DNA of 64,000 nt from Candidatus Latescibacterota bacterium (GTDB lineage: Bacteria > Latescibacterota > UBA2968 > UBA8231), in NCBI GenBank assembly GCA_965204725.1, contig OZ242005.1:2208001-2272000 (forward strand), given 5' to 3'. Made by a program: the position numbers and the translations under genes. How positions within the stretch are numbered: the first letter of the stretch is position 1; each line of letters opens with the position of its first letter. A model generated the notes under the pieces. That model was given only the letters and a program-made list of their open reading frames with translations. It searched no databases and was not told the DNA's origin. Below, piece by piece: positions 28,601 through 36,809 of this stretch.

Positions 28601-28976
28601 CGGTCGCAACATGACCGGCGACGATTTCGCGCTCACCGCCGGGTGGGGCCATTTCGCACCGGGCGACGCGGTGATGCCGGGTCAAGGCCACCTCGTCGAG
28701 CGCGATTACACCCCGGACGAACGCGCCGCGCTGGGCGATGCCATCTCCGTGCTCGGCGAAAAGACGCTGGACGTGTATCTGAACGACCACGCCTTCTGGC
28801 GCAACGTGCCCGCCGCAATTTGGGACTACAGACTCGGCGGCTACCAAGTCCTCAAGAAATGGCTCTCCTACCGCGAGCACACTGTGTTGGGACGGGTGCT
28901 GACGCCGGAGGAAGTGCGGTACTTTGCGGAGATGACGAGGCGGATTGGGGCGATGTTGCTGATGACCTATATGTAA
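25635..28976 (+). CDS. Type ISP/IIG-like REase-MTase-TRD, copy 3 (mosaic of copies 1 and 2)
   Basis: First variable segment like copy 1 (CLNGDKFKTGK...), second like copy 2 (KTSRNG...DRPRPQ); altered C-terminus overlapping the pAgo stop. Confidence 0.9.
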   Translation: MMTKTTARLTAAVETYLADLQRVRASGGATGERSSYGPLASLLNAIGTTLKPKVFCVGELADQGAGHPDFGLYSAKQVQKGQPKQGQVPERGVVEVKAADDDAWLTAAGDQVSRYWGRYRLVLVTNTCDFLLVGEDAAGQPATLETFRLAESAEEFAQRLETPRTFAREVGAGLGEYLCRALSHRARLAEPKDLAWLLASHARDALARVEAAGDAPALAAVRTALEEALGVRFEGERGARFFRSTLVQTLFYGVFSAWVLWARHTSGAARFDWRTAVWHLRAPVMQALFQQLSQPGRLQPLGLVEVLDWTAAALDRVDRDAFFARFNEGEAVTYFYEPFLQAFDPELRKQLGVWYTPSEVVRYMVARVDQALRDDLGLADGLAAENVYVLDPCCGTGAYLAEVLRRIAANLNNQGLGVLVGARVKQAATERVFSFEIMPAPFVVAHLQVGLTMQALDAALADDGAERAQVFLTNALTGWEPRPSKPLPFLELEEERDRAERVKQDTPILVILGNPPYNGFAGMAMDEERALSEAYRTTKRVRRPEGQGLNDLYIRFFRMAERRIAQTGQGVVCFISNYSWLDGLSHTGMRERYLKTFDAVRIDCLNGDKFKTGKVAPDGSPDPSIFSTADDPVGIQVGTAIATLVRKLDHAPTEEVGFRHLWGQAKREELLETEEVEPGKLYEHIDPVLPLGLPFVPTAVSEDWFDWPALPDLFPVSFPGVKTSRNGFLIDIDLDPLKARIDDYFNAELRHEAIARRHPAIMQQSALFDAHAVRAELLARGGPNPAGFIRHTYRPFDQRWLYWEADSKLLDRPRPQYKPHIFEGNLWLSAAQHLRRDANQPQACFTKIMASGHLIERGASMFPVYLREEGDLSNGGQASTRPNLSPTAQRYLKHLGATVEDLFYHVLATLHDPAYRTANAGALKMEWPRIPLPGWPDSKTDSAAETLAASATRGRELASLLDPDASVPGVTQGTLRPEIAALAMPSTTDGRNMTGDDFALTAGWGHFAPGDAVMPGQGHLVERDYTPDERAALGDAISVLGEKTLDVYLNDHAFWRNVPAAIWDYRLGGYQVLKKWLSYREHTVLGRVLTPEEVRYFAEMTRRIGAMLLMTYM

Positions 28977-30484
28977 TGTCTAAACGGCAACGGTGGCAGA
29001 TCAGGAACAGGTGCAGCAGTAAGAATCTCACCTACTGCATCAGCAAACTTGAGTGTAACAGGCTGTCCGTCTGCGAACTGACAGGTATTGAAGTTGATCT
29101 TGGTTAGGCCCATCACATCCGTCATAACCCTGAGCAGATCTGCATCGCCTCTGTGGATTTCGACTAGTAGAGGATTGGGCACCTCCCAACCGGGATAGGT
29201 ATCGAGCCGAGGTGTAAAACCCTTGGTCCAAAGGTATCCTCTTCGTTTTGTCGAAAGGTATGCAGTACCACGCAACACGGGCATTTTACTCGATCGATAG
29301 AGCTTCAGCTCACTAGTTGGGCGAATACGTACCCCGACTAGGTTGGTCTCGTTTGGGACAACACCTCTGAAACCTTCCCACTCATCGTTGTTAAATCTCG
29401 TTTTGCCGTGAATAAAAAGCTCAGTAGGCGGCTCTCCGTGGAGGTCTCGATATGACTTCACCACTAGGCTCATCAACTCAGAGGCTTTCTCCTTGCTAAG
29501 GTGAAATTCGTGCGTATCCTTCGAGAACCAAGGACCAACTGCACCTCTGAAAACAACGCCATCTCCCGAGTCCAAAAACATTTGAGCACCGCAACAGGCA
29601 TTGCCGGCGGCTAGGTCGGTACTATCCATCTTGTAAACTAATCCTACGTAGCAGACCCCTAGTCGGACCGACGCTAGTTTCCACGGTTTGCCACTGGCCT
29701 TGAAGAACGCTGTCGTGCAGAGGTTCCAAGCGATTGTGGCGGGGTCTTCTGGTTCACGGATTAGGTGCCCATCTCGAGTGAATCGGTGAGGCGTAAGTGT
29801 CGTGTCGCGTACAATCTGAAGGACAGCTCTCTGTTCCAAGAGACGCGCTTTCATCTGGTGGTGAAAATTAAGCTCGTAGCGGTAAATTTCTGCGGCTTCT
29901 CGATCGTCAAAAAAAAGCGAACCTTCGCGGAGAATCCGCCGTCCGGCCTTCGCGGAGAAAGGCTGGTTTCCTGTAATGCGCTCTTCCTTCGGTACAACTG
30001 ACTTAGGTCGCCCATAGCGGTAAACCTCTTCCGGTATGATAACGAACCACATGGTAGGCGGTGCTTCGTCTTGACGTAAATGCCTGCGTATCGGCTCTTC
30101 AAAAAGCTCGACAGTCTTGTATATTGCTTCGTGCCGATCAGTAAGCCGGATTGAAGTACGGACATCATCTTCCAAGACAGTTAGTTCAACTAGAGGGTCT
30201 TCTGGCCACTGAGCACCAAAAACGGCTTGGAATCCAGGCCAACCAGCGTGGTGAGGTTCATTCGGGTTCTTGGACGGAATGTAGCGTCGAATACTTTCTA
30301 CCCATTCGCGAAAGCAGTTCAGACCATTCGGCGTCCCAATGACGCCGATACGCATTTCGGCAGGGTTAGCTTTATCATCCCAAGGGCCGAACAGGAAAAG
30401 TCCGTCCTTCGGGTGTTCCACCTCTTGGCCGTAGCGGAAGCCTAATCGTGGCTCTTTGATGTGTTGGAGCAACGAGTCTGTCAT
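28967..30484 (-). CDS. Short prokaryotic Argonaute (MID-PIWI, catalytic tetrad absent), SPARTA type
   Basis: 505 aa; GLFLFGP, FHHQMKAR, GKPWKL, VCYVGLVYK, CCGAQMFLDSGDG, FIHGKTRF, LTKINFN and C-terminal PFRHYI; coupled to the upstream APAZ frame. Confidence 0.92.
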   Translation of the reverse strand: MTDSLLQHIKEPRLGFRYGQEVEHPKDGLFLFGPWDDKANPAEMRIGVIGTPNGLNCFREWVESIRRYIPSKNPNEPHHAGWPGFQAVFGAQWPEDPLVELTVLEDDVRTSIRLTDRHEAIYKTVELFEEPIRRHLRQDEAPPTMWFVIIPEEVYRYGRPKSVVPKEERITGNQPFSAKAGRRILREGSLFFDDREAAEIYRYELNFHHQMKARLLEQRAVLQIVRDTTLTPHRFTRDGHLIREPEDPATIAWNLCTTAFFKASGKPWKLASVRLGVCYVGLVYKMDSTDLAAGNACCGAQMFLDSGDGVVFRGAVGPWFSKDTHEFHLSKEKASELMSLVVKSYRDLHGEPPTELFIHGKTRFNNDEWEGFRGVVPNETNLVGVRIRPTSELKLYRSSKMPVLRGTAYLSTKRRGYLWTKGFTPRLDTYPGWEVPNPLLVEIHRGDADLLRVMTDVMGLTKINFNTCQFADGQPVTLKFADAVGEILTAAPVPDLPPLPFRHYI

Positions 30485-31243
30485 GCCCCCTCTTCGTATT
30501 CTTCGTCTTCAGAGTCGAGAATATAGTCAGAATCTGTTTCATTCAAGTCCCTGTTGAAATCATCCAGAGCGTCAGCCTCCGTTTCGTCTTCTGCATGGTC
30601 TTCTTCAACTGTGGCCCCTGAGCCTTTCTCAGTAATAGACAGAGGAGCCTCAAAGCTCATCGGAGAAGCGGCTATTGTCGCCACGGCGTCTCCTCCCAGA
30701 GCTAGGGAGAATTCCTCTTTGCCGTTTGCTAGGTCCGCTACAAAAGCGCGAAGCAGGTCGCGCCAACGATCATTCCACCAATTCTTGCAGAAACTCTTTC
30801 GTAGGCGATCAGCGCGAGATCGGCTATCGAGCGGCGTCTTACCATCTTGGGTAAAGACGACGTGAGTGCGCAAGGTAAGGTGACGTGGGTCAGCGATGCT
30901 GATCTTGTCTGACACCGCAAAGTGCCAATAGACGCCTCTTTTTTCGCTTCGGCCAACTAGCCGCCGTCGCCGTCTCTTGCCGTTCTCATCTTGAAAAATG
31001 GCAATGTTTTCTTCGATTAGATTGAGGGGAACGAACCACGCGCTTCCGTGTGCAAATTTATAAAGCAATAGGCCGTGACTCCGTGCGAATTGCTCCCATG
31101 CCTTGCGGAGAAGTCCAGTTACCATGTTTCGAGCATCCCACCAAGAGACTTGGCCCTGACCATTAAGAAATTGTGCCAGCGGAACACAATAAGCGTGTTC
31201 AAGTGGAATATCGGGAGTTTCCATTTGAAGCGTATCCGCATTA

Positions 31244-32087
31244 GAAGCTATCTCATAAATACCGTAGCAGTATGAGGATGCATCCGAGTTGTACAAAGCC
31301 GAGGTAGTTTTCAGCATAGTATTCGTATCGAACCACGATGCGGCGGAAGTTATGCAACCAAGCAAACAGTCTTTCTATTTTCCAGCGTCTTTTGTAGCCC
31401 CGCAACCGCCGCCCGTCCTGGGTTTTGGCCTGCGTACGATTGCGGCGATGCGGCGCGATCATCTCAATGCCTTGGTCGGCCAGGCTCGCATCCAATCGAT
31501 CCGAGTCGTAGGCTCGGTCCCCGATGAGTCGTTGCGGTCGGGGCTGGACCCATCGGTTTTCCAGGGTGGCTTCTACGAGGGTGACTTCGTGCGGCGAAGC
31601 ACTTTGGATGAGTACGGCGATAGGAAGACCAGCGCGGTCTGCCACTGCCATGAGCTTCGTACCTTTGCCCCGCTTGGTCGGACCCACTTGGTCCCCCCTT
31701 TTTTCGCCGCGACAAACAGGCCATCGATGAAGCATTCGCTCACATCAAGGCCCCCGCGCTCATGCAAGTCGTGCGCGAGGGTGCGCAGAATATGTTCAAA
31801 GGTGCCATCAGACGACCACTGTTGGAATCGACGATGGCAGGTCTGGTAGGACGGATAGCGAGCAGGCAGGTCATGCCCAGGCGCCCCGGTGCGGAGAATC
31901 CACAGAATACCATTGAGCACCGCTCGGTTACAACGCCACGGACGACCCCGGCCATCGCGGCGTTTGGGACACGCCGGCAGCAGTGGGGACACTATCGACC
32001 ACTGTTCGTCTGTAAGATCCATAAGAGATACCTCCGAAAGGGAATACCACTAACGTAGCACAGCCAGACTATTTATGAGATAGCTTC
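31244..32087 (-). mobile_element. IS5-family (IS427-group-like) insertion sequence, 844 bp
   Basis: Perfect 18-bp TIRs GAAGCTATCTCATAAATA / TATTTATGAGATAGCTTC; TA duplication at 31242-43 and 32088-89. Confidence 0.92.
31253..32022 (-). CDS. IS5-family transposase in two overlapping ORFs joined by a probable -1 frameshift
   Basis: [12 protein letters not shown]...[11 protein letters not shown]; ORFB GDRAYDS...[14 protein letters not shown]; A6G6 slippery run near 31693-31704. Confidence 0.88.
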
Positions 32088-32799
32088 TAGCAAAGCTGAC
32101 GGCCAGCCGCATATGCCGAGCCGTGGGACTTTGAAATTCGTCAAACGCATGTTGTACTGCCTCTTTTGATTGTGACGCATCGAAACGAGAAAAATTGATA
32201 TGAGACGGTAGAGAACAAATTTGAAACCAGTTAGAGAATACTGACTCCGGTGTATCAGAGGTGGAGGCACTTTGCCGCAGCTTAAACTTTTGCCAAGAGG
32301 CCAAGGCTTCCCCGAAATCACCAGTTGATTGCGGAACTTGGGTGTCTTTGAGGGTCTTTAGAAGTTTGCTGAATCCGTCGGCCCAGTTAGGAGAGAAGTC
32401 AATGGCGTTTAGACGAATTAGCTGTTCGGGAAAGTCCGAAAACGGAAGATCATCAAGGAGGATAGGTATGATGAATTGTTGTTTGTTGAGTTGCCTGCCT
32501 GTGTTTACAGCAAGAGCAATTTCATTAAGGACGCCATCTTTTTTATAGGACTCATGGGATAAGGCAACGATGACGGTGGCAGCTTCTTCCTTGATCGCAT
32601 CACCAATATCTCTCCAGAATGTCTCACCGCCTAGCAGATTGAGTAGATCTGCCCATACTTCATAGCCAGCGGCAGTCAACCGCGTGCCTAACCAAGAAGC
32701 AAACTCGTTGTTTTCGGGATTGGCGTGGCTAATGAAGACAAGACGACGTTCTTTCATACAGTTCTCACCTTGATCTTTTCCTTAAACGAATTACACCGT

Positions 32800-32957
32800 T
32801 ACCCTCTCGTACTTGGCGCATCAGGGCAGAAATACACTCCGTGCGCGTCCCCCACCAAATGACCATAGCAGGATCCTCGACGAGGCTCTCTTGTACCGTA
32901 GCCGAATTGGGCTCCTGCACACAGCGGCACCACAGCCGACGTATCCCAGAACTTCAC
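32800..32957 (-). pseudogene. VapC/PIN toxin, frameshifted and truncated
   Basis: MKFWDTSAVVPLC / QEPNSATVQESLVEDPAMVIWWG / TRTECISALMRQVREG across shifting frames; ends just before TIR-APAZ. Confidence 0.75.
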
Positions 32958-33244
32958 CGGCTTTCCTCCCGCTCCCGCAAGACCGCTGAACGCACAGTAG
33001 CTTGAGGGTCGGCAGGACGCGGCAGGTCCCAAAAATCCTCGGGTAAGGGCTTCTCCCCGCGCTTGAGGAGGCCCTTTTCTTCGAGGTCTTTCAAGTGCTC
33101 GGGGAGCGGCACAGGACTCACAAGAGGCAGCAAACGCGCAATGGGACGACCATGCTCGGTGATTATCACTTCTTCACCAGCTTTGACTTGGCGCAAGTAG
33201 GCACTCAACGACATTTCGAGTTGTGATACCGTTGTAGTCTGCAT
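32954..33244 (-). CDS. Phd/YefM family antitoxin
   Basis: LSAYLRQVKAGEEVIITEHGRPIARL. Confidence 0.9.
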   Translation of the reverse strand: MQTTTVSQLEMSLSAYLRQVKAGEEVIITEHGRPIARLLPLVSPVPLPEHLKDLEEKGLLKRGEKPLPEDFWDLPRPADPQATVRSAVLREREESR

Positions 33245-33260
33245 GGAACCCTCTTTCTAG

Positions 33261-33305
33261 TTACTTAGCCAGCCACTGACGAGCAAGTTCAGTCTCGGCG
33301 GACAT
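33261..33305 (-). pseudogene. Probable HEPN toxin stub (14 codons)
   Basis: MSAETELARQWLAK* overlaps the MNT 3' end, as HEPN partners do. Confidence 0.5.
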
Positions 33306-33627
33306 AGACCGTTTTGCTCTCGCGCATCGCGGCAGAAATAAAGGAAAGGGGAGACCGTTGGGCTTTTTTTATTTCTTCTGGAGTATAGACCAACAAGTCC
33401 ATAGCGAATGGATAGGGGCGCAGCGACTGGTAGAGGGCGCGGCTGCGTTTGAAGCGCGGCAGGTCGCTTGGGGCGATCACGAGTAAATCGACGTCGCTGT
33501 GCTCAGTAGCCTAGCCACGGGCATAGGAGCCGAATAAGACGACCCGCTCAGCATCTGCTTGGCGACCAATGTGTTCGGCGACGCGCCGTATTTCTTGCTC
33601 TTCAATTTTCTTTAGCACGGCGTCCAC
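33289..33627 (-). pseudogene. MNT-type nucleotidyltransferase with an internal TAG stop
   Basis: GTG start with AAGGAG RBS; VVLFGSYARG*ATEHSDVDLLV...; stop at 33511-33513 in an otherwise continuous frame. Confidence 0.8.
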
Positions 33628-33634
33628 GTCTCCT

Positions 33635-35149
33635 TTATCGCGCCTCCGAGCGCAAAACCTCCATCTCCAACTCCATATCCGAATCCAGCGGAAAAAAGGG
33701 CCGCGCCCGCCGGACAAAAGGCAGGTGCCGCACCGTCGCCGGCGTCGGCCCCGGGGTGTCGAGCACAAAAACGGCCTGGGCCATGGCACCGTAGGCGAGG
33801 CGGTAGTTCATGGGGTTTTTGGCCACGATAAAGCGGGCCTGCGCCGCGTCCATCCCCAAGGCCGCAAACTGCTCGCCTTCCCATTCGTACGTAGGATGCG
33901 ACGCCAACAAGACCTGTATCGGCCCCAACGCCAGCACGGCCGCCGGTCCCATCTGCCCTTCGACGCCCTCCCAAATACCACCCCGATAGCGGAAGCGGCC
34001 ATCGCTCAACCGCAGCACCCGACCGCGCACGGCGATCGGTTGCCCCCAACGAGGGTCGTGCCCGTGCCCCAGCATCAACTCGACCTCGGCCCCAACGCCC
34101 GCTTGGTGACAGGCCGAGGCCGCACGGGCATCGACCAAGGGCACCAACGCCGGTCTGTCCAACTCGGCCTGCAACAGCGCCGCCAGCGTAGCCACGCTGT
34201 CGCCGGCCGCCCCACCGCCGCAGCAGTCTGCGGCCTCCACCAAGACCACCGGACCGCCCTCAACGGCCAAGCCAGCGCACACGGCATCCGCCGGCGAGTA
34301 CAAGGCTGGCTCTAAGGCAAAGCGCCGCTCCCAGTACGCTGCGGCTAGCGCACGAGCGAGGGCTTCGGCCGCGGCAAAGTCGCCGTCGGCAATCACCAGC
34401 CCGCCGCTGCCCATGCCAGCAAAATCGAGATAGGGATGCACCAAGATCGCACTCGTCGAGAGGATGCCGTTGCGCTGCTCGCCGGCCTTGGCCAAGGCCA
34501 TTACTTGCGCGAAGGGATCGTCGTCCTCAGTCGAGCCGTGAATGGCCCCGGTGAGCACCGGCACCTTGGCCATGGCCATCGCGGGTTTGCACACGCCAGC
34601 GAGCACATCGCACAGCAGGCGCGCCCCGCGCTCGCCCGTGGAAAAGGCATCGCGGTGCGGATAGGTTTCCCAAGCGACCAAACCATCGGCGGCACCCATC
34701 ATTTGCGCGGAAATATGGGCGTGTAGATCGAGCGTGGCGACCATGGGCACCGCGTCGCCGACAACCGCCCGCACGGCCGCGAGCAAATCCCCTTCCAAAT
34801 CGACGACGCCCTCGACCGCGGCCGCCCCGTGCAGCGGCATGAGGACGCCATCAACAGGGAGCACCGCGTTGAGCCGCGCCAAAAGCTCTTCCTTGAGCGA
34901 GTCGTAACAAGCCCGTGTCAGCGGCCCGCCGGGACAGGTGCTGGCAAACAACAGGGGCGCGACTTCCACGCCGCGCGCCGCCAGCACGCCGAGCATCCCG
35001 CCGACCACGCCGTCTTCGGCTGCGAGCACCTCGCGCCCGCGCCGCAGCTCATAGCGTTCAAACCACGACCGATCAATCGGCTCGCCGCCGAACTGATTGC
35101 ACTCGGTAAAAATCGCGCCTAGTGCTACGCGCTGTTTCTCAGGTTCCAT
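33635..35149 (-). CDS. M81 metallopeptidase (MlrC family)
   Basis: TECNQF, LHGA, LDLHAH, TYPHRD and DCCGGG motifs. Confidence 0.9.
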   Translation of the reverse strand: MEPEKQRVALGAIFTECNQFGGEPIDRSWFERYELRRGREVLAAEDGVVGGMLGVLAARGVEVAPLLFASTCPGGPLTRACYDSLKEELLARLNAVLPVDGVLMPLHGAAAVEGVVDLEGDLLAAVRAVVGDAVPMVATLDLHAHISAQMMGAADGLVAWETYPHRDAFSTGERGARLLCDVLAGVCKPAMAMAKVPVLTGAIHGSTEDDDPFAQVMALAKAGEQRNGILSTSAILVHPYLDFAGMGSGGLVIADGDFAAAEALARALAAAYWERRFALEPALYSPADAVCAGLAVEGGPVVLVEAADCCGGGAAGDSVATLAALLQAELDRPALVPLVDARAASACHQAGVGAEVELMLGHGHDPRWGQPIAVRGRVLRLSDGRFRYRGGIWEGVEGQMGPAAVLALGPIQVLLASHPTYEWEGEQFAALGMDAAQARFIVAKNPMNYRLAYGAMAQAVFVLDTPGPTPATVRHLPFVRRARPFFPLDSDMELEMEVLRSEAR

Positions 35150-35174
35150 TCAATGCCCCCTTTGCAACTGCCTC

Positions 35175-35567
35175 TCATGCGGCTCTGCCACCTATTACCA
35201 GCAAGAAGGCACTGTCCTCTAGCGCTTTGACGCTGTGGGATAAATGTGCGGCGCAGACCGCGACCTCACCGGCCTGTAATCTCAATGGCTCGGGTTCGGT
35301 CGCCGTCGAAAACTCGAGATGCCCAAAGAGGGTCGTCACGGTGATCGGGGCGGGAGCGGTATGTTCGTGCAGCACGGCTTGGTCTTTTAAGACGAGCAAG
35401 ACGACGGTTAAATCGTTTCCACGCACTAAGGATAGGGAATTTCGTCCGGTATTTTCGACGACCTCCTCCTCCATTAGTTGAGCGGCCATACTCCGTAAAG
35501 AAAAGGACGCCACCGTGGAATCGGTTATTTCAATGGGCCGAAATGGACGTTCATAGGCTCGTTTCAT
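35175..35567 (-). CDS. Cupin domain protein
   Basis: LHEHTAPAPIT...HSVKALEDSAFLL. Confidence 0.8.
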   Translation of the reverse strand: MKRAYERPFRPIEITDSTVASFSLRSMAAQLMEEEVVENTGRNSLSLVRGNDLTVVLLVLKDQAVLHEHTAPAPITVTTLFGHLEFSTATEPEPLRLQAGEVAVCAAHLSHSVKALEDSAFLLVIGGRAA

Positions 35568-35682
35568 GCGATGCTCTCCAGTAGGTGTCAGGTGGGATTG
35601 GGTGATTTCGAGTTGATAGGTAAATGGCCAAAGTCGGATATGATCTACACTCGTAAACCATTGGACCGGAGCACTCCCCCAG

Positions 35683-36759
35683 CTACCAAGCCAACGGCTC
35701 GAACCCCATGCGCTTGGTCAGCTTGCGAGCCGCGTGCGCCACCTGCGGGTGGGGGTCGTAGAGCGCGGCTTCAAAACTGTCGCGATGGGTGCGCGGGTCG
35801 AGGCGGTCGAGGAATTTGGCCGCGCTCAGCCGCACGTGCGGCACCGGGTCGGTCAGGCCGCGCCAAAACCACTTTGGCGCCTCTTGCCCGCTGCGTAGGA
35901 CGAGCACTTCAATGGCCGCGCCGCGCACCGCTTTGTGCTCGCTCTCCGCATACGGTGCCAGCACCTCCGGCTGAATGTCTTCGCAACGCCGCATTACCTT
36001 GAGGATGCCGACCGCGCTTTGCGGATGGCCCTCGCCGAGCAGCAATAGGCACCACTCAAACAGGTCTGGGTCGGCTAGGTCGGCCAAAAGCTGGAGGCCG
36101 CGCACCTGCCGCTGCGGCTTATCCGATTCCAAGCAAGCGATGGCCTCTTCCTCGCGGCGATCAACCGGGGCCATGCTTTCGGGCGCGGCCTGCCGCGCCT
36201 CAGCTTCCCGCGCCACCTTGGGCCAGACCCGCAAGTGCTCAAAGTCGATCTCCACGCCGGCAAAGCGCTCGGGAACCCACTGCGCGGCGCGGGCGAGCAA
36301 CTCCTTCTCGCCGATGCGCGCATTGGGATAGGTCGCCAGCCGGTTGTCGATCCAGCGGGCCAAGCGCACGACGCCCTCGTGGCGAGCACTGACGCCCTTG
36401 TGCGCCTTGACGCCCAAGACGGCGTTGATCCAGCGCGCGATCTCCTCGGTACTTTCCGGGATTCCCAACCCGTAGTGGCTGCGCAGCGAGGAAGCGGGAA
36501 TGGCCCCGTTGATCGAGATGACCCCGCCGCTTTCGCGCACCTGCCGACTGCCGTAGCGCTGACGCAACGTTTTCAAATCGATATCTACGGCCAGCACGAT
36601 GGGGCGGTCTCGCGTGCGCCGCGATTTGGCGTGTGCTCGCTGCTTGGCGTAGCTCTTGCTCCGCGAAAGCCACACCCGCCGCGAGGGCGACCGCGGCTGA
36701 AAGCCGTCGCGGGCAATCCGGCGGGCAGCGCGGCGCGTCGTGCCGTGATAGACGATCAT
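35683..36759 (-). CDS. ADP-ribosyltransferase-like N-terminal domain fused to HEAT repeats
   Basis: VYHGT...VWLS...SYA at the N-terminus; C-terminal HEAT repeats (VRGAAIEVL, DPVPHVRLSAA, DPHPQVAHAA). Confidence 0.6.
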   Translation of the reverse strand: MIVYHGTTRRAARRIARDGFQPRSPSRRVWLSRSKSYAKQRAHAKSRRTRDRPIVLAVDIDLKTLRQRYGSRQVRESGGVISINGAIPASSLRSHYGLGIPESTEEIARWINAVLGVKAHKGVSARHEGVVRLARWIDNRLATYPNARIGEKELLARAAQWVPERFAGVEIDFEHLRVWPKVAREAEARQAAPESMAPVDRREEEAIACLESDKPQRQVRGLQLLADLADPDLFEWCLLLLGEGHPQSAVGILKVMRRCEDIQPEVLAPYAESEHKAVRGAAIEVLVLRSGQEAPKWFWRGLTDPVPHVRLSAAKFLDRLDPRTHRDSFEAALYDPHPQVAHAARKLTKRMGFEPLAW

Positions 36760-36809
36760 AGCAACCTCCCTTCAGTCGTTTTCAAGCAATAGTGACGTAC
36801 GTCACAATG

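Larger units (their letters stand above)
30481..32757 (-). pseudogene. TIR-APAZ effector of SPARTA, interrupted by an IS5-family element
   Basis: N-part 32090-32757: FISHANPE...GYEVWAD...GVLNE (TIR). C-part 30481-31243: YWHFAVS...KNWWNDRWRD (APAZ). Removing the IS plus one TA restores a 476-aa ORF (..VSFANADTLQ..). Confidence 0.9.

Noticed and set aside
18041-28976. Invertase-driven shufflon or canonical helicase-containing Type ISP enzyme
   Set aside because: All copies are direct repeats, no recombinase gene is nearby, and no Walker A/DEAH helicase motifs are present.
30481-31365. 294-aa ORF as an independent gene
   Set aside because: Its first ~40 codons lie inside the IS; the remainder is the APAZ half of the interrupted gene.
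33511-33513. Pyrrolysine or programmed read-through of the TAG in the MNT gene
   Set aside because: No pyl genes in view, and the partner toxin is also destroyed, so a nonsense mutation is simpler.
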